64,000 bases of DNA from a virus (lineage: Duplodnaviria; Caudoviricetes): IMG/VR virus record IMGVR_UViG_2724679462_000002, positions 1-64,000 of that record, one strand, 5' to 3'. Of this stretch, positions 56,802-64,000 are shown piece by piece (positions within the stretch are counted from its first letter, which is position 1; each line of letters starts with the position of its first letter). Both the position numbers and the translations under genes were made by a program. The notes beneath the pieces were generated by a model that had not been told where the DNA came from, did not search any database, and saw only the letters and a list, made by a program, of their open reading frames with translations.

Positions 56802-57158
56802 ATGACTCATGATGTAGAAGAAACCTCCACCGAGGTACCCGCAGGTGAAGCCATCGAGAATCTCGTCGCCCACGTGACGCAACTTCTCATCGCCAAGGAC
56901 CATCCGAATCCGGAAGCATGGAAGCAGTATCTCCAGCCCGGCGTGGACACCCTGCCCGATCCAGACTACCAGCAGTTCGCGATCAATCGCGCATGGCGTG
57001 TGATCCTCGGCAAGCTCAACGAGGCCAAGGGCGTCGACACGATGGACGTGCGTTACTGCCTGATCGATCAGAAGGGTTCGGTGGAGAACTGGAAACGTCT
57101 GTTCGAAATGGGAGTCCTGCCTTGCATCATCGAGCACTCGCTGCCCCTCTCGGAATGA
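56802..57158 (+). CDS. hypothetical protein
   Basis: 118 aa; ATGA overlap with the next gene. Confidence 0.65.
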   Translation: MTHDVEETSTEVPAGEAIENLVAHVTQLLIAKDHPNPEAWKQYLQPGVDTLPDPDYQQFAINRAWRVILGKLNEAKGVDTMDVRYCLIDQKGSVENWKRLFEMGVLPCIIEHSLPLSE

Positions 57159-57688
57159 TCGAGCACTGTGCGTTGTCACATGCAGCAATCGGCGACTTCG
57201 GTGAGGCGATTGTCGTGGCCGGTGGTCGTAACTTCAACGACTACGCACAGTTCGTCGATTGCCTCGAAGCGTATCTCTGCATGGAGCTTCCCACGGCTCG
57301 ACCGATCTTCATCTCTGGGAAAGCCAGTCGCGGTCCAGATTCTATGATTATCCGATGGTGCCGTGAGAACGGCCGCGCGTGGACTGAGTTCCCGGCAGAT
57401 TGGGATGATCTGACAGTGCCTGGTGCTGTGATCCGAATCAATCGCCGTGGTAAGCGGTACAACGCTGCGGCAGGTCATTTCCGCAACCGCCTCATGGCTC
57501 AACACGCGACTCACGTCGTGTGCTTCTGGGATGGCCGCTCACCGGGCACCCGGAACATGATCGACGAGGCGCGCCGCTGTCAGATCGAACCCAAGATCTT
57601 TTTGATCGATCCTGATAGGAAAGAAAGCAATGACCAAAGCTTTAGGGAAGAGAGCCGAGACCGAGGCGTTAGGTGCGGACTCGTCTGA
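57155..57688 (+). CDS. SLOG-family (YspA/DUF2493-like) protein
   Basis: IVVAGGRNFNDY, ISG...GPD, FPADW, AGHFRNRLM, FWDGRSPGTRNMI. Confidence 0.8.
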   Translation: MIEHCALSHAAIGDFGEAIVVAGGRNFNDYAQFVDCLEAYLCMELPTARPIFISGKASRGPDSMIIRWCRENGRAWTEFPADWDDLTVPGAVIRINRRGKRYNAAAGHFRNRLMAQHATHVVCFWDGRSPGTRNMIDEARRCQIEPKIFLIDPDRKESNDQSFREESRDRGVRCGLV

Positions 57689-58460
57689 GCAAAAACCGCC
57701 AGGTCGCCGCGGACTCTATCTGATTGGTGATCTGACGAACGGGAAGATGTACATCGGAAGTAGCGAAAATGTGCCGAGAAGAGTATCTCAACATTTCAGC
57801 GACCTTCGCGGTGAGCGACACAGCAACATTCATCTTCAGAGATCGTTCAACCTGGGACACGTGTTCAGCGTTCAGCCAATCTACACCGACCGGGAAACTG
57901 ACATTCGCGGCGTTGAAAGAAACCTGATCGAGGAGTTCAATCGAAAAGACTTCCTCTACAACATCGCCCTGGACACGACGGCTCCAACACTAGGGACGAA
58001 GTGGACGGAAGAGCAACGGGCGAAGATTCTCGCTTAGCGCGCCGGCTACCGACATTCCCCCGAGACAAAGGAGCGAATTCGGCAGGCCAACCTTGGTAAG
58101 ACGATGTCAGAGGAGTCACGAAGCAGAATGAGCGCGTCTCGTACTGGCAAAAAGCTCTCCGCTGAACATGTCGAGAACGTCAGGGCAAGCCTAACTGGCA
58201 GGAAACACACCGAAGAAGCGAAAGCTCGCATGAGTGTTGCGCAGCGAAGCGTTTCATGGTCCAGAACGACGCGAAGCGATGCGATGCGACAGAATCTTGC
58301 CGCAAACATCACCGGTCAGAACAAGCACGGATCTACGCCGGTTACGATCAACGGAGTCGAGTACCCCAGCATTCTCGCCGCGTCGCGAGCGCTAGGCGTT
58401 CCGAACCAAACGCTACATTACCGGTTAAGCAAGGGCTACTATGACGACCAAGAATCGTAA
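57630..58460 (+). pseudogene. GIY-YIG homing endonuclease with NUMOD3 repeats, interrupted by an in-frame TAG (58035-58037)
   Basis: GLYLI...MYIGSS...R...H; the same frame continues after TAG with RHSPETKERI, KHTEEAKARMS and a C-terminal HTH-like domain. Confidence 0.8.
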
Positions 58461-59124
58461 GATCACTGAGGATTTCATCCTGAAGTACATCGGAAAACTG
58501 ATTCCTGGGTCGGAAACGAATGCCCAGTTGTATAAGGACCTGTTCGCCCGGATGGACGACAAGGCGTTCGATGACTGGATGGGCAAGCTCGCTCGCAAGG
58601 AAATCCGGCTGGCGATCATCGCGCCGAACCTCTCGAAGGAGAAAGTGACCATCCCCAACAATCTCGCCATCGGCGACGAGCTGGGACACAACTTCTTCGA
58701 GCGACTCTGGATCGACAACGGCAACGACATTCCGCCGTATCTCTCGCCGGTAAAGTATCTCGTGGGCGACATCACGCTGCGCCGTCAGGCACAGGTGCTG
58801 GTGAAGAAGATCTCGATTCCCGAGGACAATCGCAGCGTCGACGACATGACCGGCCAGCCTTCGGGCAAGTCGGAAGCAAGCAAGATCTCCTACCCGGAAA
58901 CGCAGGTGCTGTCGGCACTCAAGCTCGACAAGAACATCGCGGAAATGATCAGCTTGCGCGGCGGCGATACACAAGGCTTTAACGCAATGAACGACAGCTT
59001 CGCTCGTACGGGCGGAGCGTCACAGAAGGCCATCGAGCATCTGCGCGGTGGCGTGAAATCCACGCAGGCACTGAACACCATCCTAACGGCAATGCACTAT
59101 CAGGTGTCAGGCCTCGTAACCTAA
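58441..59124 (+). CDS. rpoB: virion RNA polymerase beta-like subunit, C-terminal part (phiKZ gp149-like)
   Basis: LRRQAQVLVKKIS...DDMTGQPSGKSEASKISYPETQVL parallels the C-terminal RpoB motifs. Confidence 0.75.
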   Translation: MTTKNRKITEDFILKYIGKLIPGSETNAQLYKDLFARMDDKAFDDWMGKLARKEIRLAIIAPNLSKEKVTIPNNLAIGDELGHNFFERLWIDNGNDIPPYLSPVKYLVGDITLRRQAQVLVKKISIPEDNRSVDDMTGQPSGKSEASKISYPETQVLSALKLDKNIAEMISLRGGDTQGFNAMNDSFARTGGASQKAIEHLRGGVKSTQALNTILTAMHYQVSGLVT

Positions 59125-59135
59125 GGAGACGGAGC

Positions 59136-59669
59136 ATGAGTCTCCTACCCAACGAACTCATCGAAACCGGCGAAGTCTTCGTGGCAAGCATGCAGCACGT
59201 GCTAGCTAACTGCATGCGCATGAGCGAAGAACGTTACGGCAAGCTTTCGAAGTTCGTGTACTCAATGGTGCTGGCTGAAAAGCCGTACATGATCGCAAGC
59301 CCGAAAGGCGTTCAGCATGCGATCGAACTTGTTTTCGAAGATGAAGTGATCCGCGACTTTGTCTTCACGTTGGGCTTCACCTTCCTCGCGCGTTGGGGCG
59401 GTTTGGGTCGCTATAGCGAGTTGGTGCAAGCCCTTGCATTTGCAGTAAGTGGGGACGGCAATCCTGTTCGAGGACAGGAATCGCTCGTCATGATGCCCGC
59501 CGAAATCGGGGATCTCTTGCCTGATCCCGAGGGTGTGCTGACTCTCCTTCAACAAAACAAATGGCTGGTGACGCTGTTGATGATCCAGCTGTTCGTTCTC
59601 GTCCCGGAACCTCCGAAGGCGAGCAAACGCAACGTGCAAGACCAAGCGCGCGATACGACTAACCCGTAA
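59136..59669 (+). CDS. conserved hypothetical protein
   Basis: TAAGGAG RBS, 177 aa. Confidence 0.65.
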   Translation: MSLLPNELIETGEVFVASMQHVLANCMRMSEERYGKLSKFVYSMVLAEKPYMIASPKGVQHAIELVFEDEVIRDFVFTLGFTFLARWGGLGRYSELVQALAFAVSGDGNPVRGQESLVMMPAEIGDLLPDPEGVLTLLQQNKWLVTLLMIQLFVLVPEPPKASKRNVQDQARDTTNP

Positions 59670-59680
59670 AGCGTGCGAAC

Positions 59681-60391
59681 ATGGCAGCCAATAAAAAGAT
59701 CGAGACGATTCTGGTGGAGCTTGACTGCTTGCTGGATACACGTCTGGGAACAATCGAACGCATGGGCGAAGAACTCGCCGCTCGCGTTCTGACGCCTGCT
59801 TACCTGGCCAGGGAGCAGGATGTCTTTGACGGCGTCGATCGGGAAGCCTTCCGGCAACTCTATCAAGCCCGTGATGTTGAAACACTGAAGCACTCGAAGG
59901 TTACGGCGCTAACAACTCGGTTTCGCGAACTCACCACGTTCCTGACCGAGATGGCGATCGAGCGTCCCTATTTCGATGGGGTCCAGATTGCTGTAAATAC
60001 GTTTCCGTACGTCCTCGATGCAGCGACGGCAGACGCAATTGGCAAAGCTGTGACGGCTTGGATTGGGGGCAACGTCCCCGTCGAACTCGTCTCTATCCGC
60101 CCTGAGCAACTGACGCCCGCAGTCGTGAAGACGCATTACGCAATGCTGTTCATGTACGAGTACGAAGCCTGGATGAACATGCACGCGGAGGCATTCAAGG
60201 ATACTCGGCTCAATGAGGTCCACCTTATCGCCCCTGCGCTGTACTTCAATGAGAAACCGGACGAGAAAACCCTGAAGTCACTCGTCCGCGACGCGGCTCA
60301 TCCGTTCATTGCGATGACCATGCTCGCCTCGCCACTTGTCGGGCTCGAACTCATCGACATCAGGTATTTCAGCATAGTTTCAGCACCGTAA
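59681..60391 (+). CDS. HAD-like hypothetical protein
   Basis: N-terminal ILVELDCLLDTR resembles HAD motif I. Confidence 0.55.
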   Translation: MAANKKIETILVELDCLLDTRLGTIERMGEELAARVLTPAYLAREQDVFDGVDREAFRQLYQARDVETLKHSKVTALTTRFRELTTFLTEMAIERPYFDGVQIAVNTFPYVLDAATADAIGKAVTAWIGGNVPVELVSIRPEQLTPAVVKTHYAMLFMYEYEAWMNMHAEAFKDTRLNEVHLIAPALYFNEKPDEKTLKSLVRDAAHPFIAMTMLASPLVGLELIDIRYFSIVSAP

Positions 60392-60397
60392 GACGAC

Positions 60398-60458
60398 CGG
60401 CATAAACCCCCTCCCACTCCCCGCCCGATTCTTTCTGGGCAGGTTGTGGGAGGAGGTT
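60398..60458. terminator. CGGCATAA hairpin element
   Basis: CGGCATAAACCCCCTCCCAC...GTGGGAGGAGGTT between convergent genes. Confidence 0.6.
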
Positions 60459-60468
60459 AGACGCGCGG

Positions 60469-60975
60469 TTACACGTCTTGCTGGCCCACTCCTCGGTCAA
60501 AGGATTGGGCCATAAAGGTGTCGACGTCCATCTGGGGAGCATCCGTTGCGATCTCCCCAGGTACCAAGTGCGGGTCCGGTATGTCGGTAGGCAGCGTCGG
60601 AATCGCTGCGCGCGGTGCGTCGCCTCGGCCCGCGTGATTGATGCCCGGCGCGGTGAGCACCTGCGCGATGAGTGCAGCGGCGGCCTGTGCGGACGCGGCT
60701 GTTTTCTCGTCGGTCTTCAAGCGCTTCTTGCCGAGAGCTGAGCGGTCCATGCCGTCAAGCGCTTGCAGCAGCACCATCTTGTCGCCACGTTCGAGTTCCT
60801 TCAGCTTCTCGCCGTTGGTGCCCATCATCTGCGTGACGATCTGCTGGCGCTTGCGCTGTGTGAAGTTGAGAACCTGGTCCTCGTTCTCGATGACCTCTAT
60901 GTTTTGAATCGCCGCATCCGAACCACTGGTTTCAGGGACGCGGTCATATTCATCCTGTTCATACGGGCCGGACAT
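60469..60975 (-). CDS. hypothetical protein
   Basis: GGAGG before ATG 60975; 168 aa. Confidence 0.65.
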   Translation of the reverse strand: MSGPYEQDEYDRVPETSGSDAAIQNIEVIENEDQVLNFTQRKRQQIVTQMMGTNGEKLKELERGDKMVLLQALDGMDRSALGKKRLKTDEKTAASAQAAAALIAQVLTAPGINHAGRGDAPRAAIPTLPTDIPDPHLVPGEIATDAPQMDVDTFMAQSFDRGVGQQDV

Positions 60976-61002
60976 AGTCCACCTCCAATAAAAGCTCAAA
61001 AG

Positions 61003-61020
61003 AATCTCGGGTACATATTA
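61003..61020 (+). promoter_or_regulatory. putative early (virion RNAP) promoter
   Basis: AATCTCGGGTACATATTA; one mismatch to the 16619 copy. Confidence 0.6.
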
Positions 61021-61096
61021 TTTTCATGAGCGATTTACGTGAGGTATTCGTTAATCAAGCATCTTCACAAGACATTTTACAAATCGGAGTAAAGAA

Positions 61097-61639
61097 ATGA
61101 GGCGATGGATTAGCCGGTGGGAGAACCACTGGCGAGAGCGCCGTGTTCAGCGAGAGTACGCCGCGCTGAGAAAGCAGACCGTTGCGCTCTCAAACTACCA
61201 CCCGGGCCGGAAGACTTTGGAGGATCTTCTCCGCACCTTGGATGTCGCGCGCTTTGCGTCGTTTCGCAACTCTCACGCTGTGGGCATCGAGATCAAGCCG
61301 TTCTACCCGACGATCGATGTCTACCAGCGCGAAATTAAGATCATCAACTCTTACCTCACGCGTGAGGGAGCGCTGCCTACCACCTGGGCGACGCTCGACG
61401 CCCGACCCATGGGACTGGATCACTTCTTCACGTCGGCGGAAGGTTTTTACCTGAATGTGGCGGATTCGCTCGCCGCGTTCAAAAGAGACGCGTTGATCCT
61501 ATGTACGTTGATGGAAAACAGCGATAATGCCGCCCTCGGCGTACATGAGCACAATTTGCGGATGCTGACCAAACTCCTGGTCAACGTTCGACTCCTGGTG
61601 TTGACCCTCGTCGATCTCAGCTTCGAGATCGGTAAATGA
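61097..61639 (+). CDS. hypothetical protein
   Basis: GGAG RBS, 180 aa. Confidence 0.65.
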   Translation: MRRWISRWENHWRERRVQREYAALRKQTVALSNYHPGRKTLEDLLRTLDVARFASFRNSHAVGIEIKPFYPTIDVYQREIKIINSYLTREGALPTTWATLDARPMGLDHFFTSAEGFYLNVADSLAAFKRDALILCTLMENSDNAALGVHEHNLRMLTKLLVNVRLLVLTLVDLSFEIGK

Positions 61640-61653
61640 GGTCTCGACCCTAC

Positions 61654-61691
61654 ATTAAGCAGTCTAATCAAGCAGGTCAATCAAGCAGGTC
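61654..61691 (+). repeat. short tandem repeat AATCAAGCAGGTC x2 plus a degenerate copy
   Basis: ATTAAGCAGTCT-AATCAAGCAGGTC-AATCAAGCAGGTC upstream of the RBS of 61707. Confidence 0.7.
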
Positions 61692-61706
61692 CACAAGGAA
61701 GCTAAT

Positions 61707-62435
61707 ATGGCACGCAACCCTTTCCAACGCATCCTGCATTCCGAGGATAAAGGCGTTAGTAAGACTTCGGGCGCGAACGGGGTTCTCTCGCGTCTGTGGC
61801 GACAGATGTTGATGGATTTGAATATCGGTCCCGCTCGCTACGGTGATCTCATGCGCGATTTTGTCACCGACATTCGCAACGGCATCGCGCCGACGCGAAA
61901 AGACCAGACGAGCGCGCGCGGCAACATCACGAAGGAATTCGCACGGCCCCAGATGACCTGGAAGGTCTTCATGAAGGCGCTGCGTTTCCTGCAAGTCGTC
62001 AGAGTCGAATTTGCGATCAAGTGCCATTACGCTAACGGCCGTACGACCACGCACGGCACGACCGTGGACTTCGGCAGCCGTCCGCAAATCAACCAGTTCC
62101 TGGAAGAGCTGCAGGTGACTACCCCGACCTCGCCCGAACTCGAGGATGAACAGGTGCGCGAATTCTGCGGCGTCATCGCCCAGACCGTGATGTTCCCCTT
62201 CGAATCGGAGACTGAACATCCGACCGGAAACAACGCCAGCGCCGGTGCGGCCGGCAAAGAACAGCCCGTGGTTCTCACAGCTGATCTCTACGAAGCCCGC
62301 ACGCTCCAGAGCGAGCGTCTTGACGAAAGCATTCACGCGCTCGGCGCCGTCCAGAAAGAAGCTGAGCAGATGTACCAGCGCTACCTGGCGGACAAAAACA
62401 ACGGAATTACCCACTATGACCACGAGCGCCAATAA
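61707..62435 (+). CDS. conserved hypothetical protein (paralogue of 23160..23480)
   Basis: AAGGA RBS; MTWKVFMKALRFL motif. Confidence 0.7.
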   Translation: MARNPFQRILHSEDKGVSKTSGANGVLSRLWRQMLMDLNIGPARYGDLMRDFVTDIRNGIAPTRKDQTSARGNITKEFARPQMTWKVFMKALRFLQVVRVEFAIKCHYANGRTTTHGTTVDFGSRPQINQFLEELQVTTPTSPELEDEQVREFCGVIAQTVMFPFESETEHPTGNNASAGAAGKEQPVVLTADLYEARTLQSERLDESIHALGAVQKEAEQMYQRYLADKNNGITHYDHERQ

Positions 62436-62970
62436 CAGGCTCCCCGCCTTGCTGATTCCGAGGACGGCATTCGATCCTGAGAAAGACGGGCAAACCCACC
62501 TCAACGTTTCGACGAATGGCAAGACCGAGCTTGGTCGTAAGCTCGCGCACTTCGCCGTTACGAAGTTCGTTCACCCGATCTACGGGCCCTTCAAGTCGAT
62601 GGAGGGTTTCTGGCACTTCATCAAGTGCGAGGACATGGACGACAATTTCCGCGTGCTGACAGCCAGTCGCGCGAAGGCGTATGCCAAGACGAAGAAGATG
62701 GTGTGGCGGGAACACTTCGTCGACGTCATCAACGAAGCGAACTTCCACAAGATCGTTCAAAACGAAGACATCAAGCAGGCGATGATCGAGTCCGATCTGC
62801 CGTTCGCGTACTACTACATGTTCGGTCCGGAACAGCTCCAGATCTTCCCGCAGCAAGCGACCTGGCTGTGTGCAGGTTTCAACCAGATCCGAGAGCTGCT
62901 GAAGAAAGGCGAAATCATGCCTGCGGCACCGAAGGTTCTATTCGTAGAGCCGCAGCCGGCGACGCCCTGA
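62416..62970 (+). CDS. NADAR (YbiA/T4 gp30.3)-like protein
   Basis: HLNVSTNGKTELGRKLAHF...FKSMEGFWHFIK, K..Q...IK..MIES; resembles the NADAR LSNF / F.S.E.F core. Confidence 0.55.
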   Translation: MTTSANNRLPALLIPRTAFDPEKDGQTHLNVSTNGKTELGRKLAHFAVTKFVHPIYGPFKSMEGFWHFIKCEDMDDNFRVLTASRAKAYAKTKKMVWREHFVDVINEANFHKIVQNEDIKQAMIESDLPFAYYYMFGPEQLQIFPQQATWLCAGFNQIRELLKKGEIMPAAPKVLFVEPQPATP

Positions 62971-62993
62971 GCGGAGCTGTCAATCAATGCAAG

Positions 62994-63022
62994 GAGGACA
63001 CTTTCGGGTGTCCTCTTTTTTT
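62994..63022 (+). terminator. Rho-independent terminator
   Basis: GAGGACACT-TTCG-GGTGTCCTC-TTTTTTT. Confidence 0.8.
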
Positions 63023-63039
63023 GCCCGTAGGAGTGTTTC

Positions 63040-64000
63040 ATGCCTGTGAACGTGTTGGCATCCCCAAGTTTTCTAACGGGACCGCAGGACAACCTGGTCA
63101 CCGTTGACGTCTACACCGGCACCTCCGGCGGCATTGTCAATTCGATCAAGAGCCTGGAGGCGAAGTACAACGTCGATCTGATCGGTATGCTGCGCGCCGG
63201 AGCAGCGGCTGCCCAACTCGTCCCAATCGTCGAGGGCATCGCCAATGGCAAGCTGTTGATGAACCCACAGGCAGCCCTTGCGCGGCTGCTGACCGCCTCC
63301 AATCGACTCGTGGCCGCGGTAGGTGGTACGTCGCTCAACAGCGCCTTCAGCGCTCTCTCATCGGGTGTGCAGTCGGCAATTGGCGAAGCCGGTCAGGTGC
63401 TGGGTCAAGTAGAGGCAACCGTAGGTGGCGTCGTCAACACGATCGTGAACGGTGCGGTCGGTGACATTCAGGCCCTGGGCTCGGTCATCAACGGATTCGC
63501 CAATGACGCGGGTGCATTCCTGATGGTCGACACGCAGGCGCTCGCGGGTATGGCTGCCGGGGTCATCAATCAGTGTGCGAAGTACGGCATTTCGGGCGCG
63601 TTCGAACAGATGGTGTCCCGGATTAGCAATCCGTACGTGCTCAATTCGATCATTGCTCAGACGCTCCCGAGTCTGGTCCGCACGGGCGATCTGACAAGCC
63701 TCCAGAGCCTGTCCCTGATCGCAAGCAGCGTCGGTATCTCCGCAGTCAACCCGAGCCTTCTGCCGAGCTTCGTGCAGTCCTACAACCGCTCCTTGATCGG
63801 CAGCGTCATTCAACGCACACCTTACCAAGACGGCGCCACGTACGTGCAGATGATGGACACGTTCAACACGGCCGATCCGACGTGGAACGTATCGACACGC
63901 AGCAGTGATGGCGACGACGATGACGCGGTGGACATCTCGAGTCTTCTTGGCGGAACGGACGATTTCACGAGTGTGCTGGCTTCGGGGGTGATGAACTCAT
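63040..64000 (+). CDS. virion structural protein, truncated by the window end
   Basis: AGGAG RBS; MPVNVLASPSFLTGPQDNLVTVDVY; frame appears open to the window end. Confidence 0.7.
   Translation, partial: MPVNVLASPSFLTGPQDNLVTVDVYTGTSGGIVNSIKSLEAKYNVDLIGMLRAGAAAAQLVPIVEGIANGKLLMNPQAALARLLTASNRLVAAVGGTSLNSAFSALSSGVQSAIGEAGQVLGQVEATVGGVVNTIVNGAVGDIQALGSVINGFANDAGAFLMVDTQALAGMAAGVINQCAKYGISGAFEQMVSRISNPYVLNSIIAQTLPSLVRTGDLTSLQSLSLIASSVGISAVNPSLLPSFVQSYNRSLIGSVIQRTPYQDGATYVQMMDTFNTADPTWNVSTRSSDGDDDDAVDISSLLGGTDDFTSVLASGVMNS

Noticed and set aside
58035-58037. Genome-wide TAG reassignment
   Set aside because: Other genes end cleanly in TAG (for example at 975, 5327, 16490, 30960, 53892) and the long core genes have no internal TAG

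Overview
This is a 64-kb segment of a GC-rich phiKZ-like (Chimalliviridae-type) jumbo phage genome. The host is probably a Burkholderiales bacterium, inferred only from GC content and codon style. Family assignments come from motifs read in the translations and recalled gene order, not from database searches. Bases 1-6.2 kb are an accessory cluster of small genes, including an HNH nuclease and a truncated HsdM-like methylase. The rest is the conserved core: an intein-containing SNF2/DEAD helicase, DnaB, major capsid protein, two split RNA polymerase beta-like subunits, portal, baseplate proteins, RuvC, spanin-like genes, a CYTH-fold enzyme, four NPH-repeat tail fibres, SbcC, a central spike, a SPRY-domain virion protein, RNase H, RecA/UvsX, and SLOG-, HAD- and NADAR-like proteins, plus two damaged GIY-YIG endonucleases. 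The most notable observations are: (1) about 13 intergenic hairpins that carry a conserved TTATGCCG tail, mostly in place of a U-tract, often on both strands; (2) a tail fibre ending in a Hint self-cleaving domain; (3) a GIY-YIG nuclease fused in frame to RNase H whose N-terminus needs a -1 shift; (4) two hairpin-dense non-coding blocks; (5) candidate nucleotide-handling anti-defence enzymes. No tRNA, rRNA or CRISPR array is supported.
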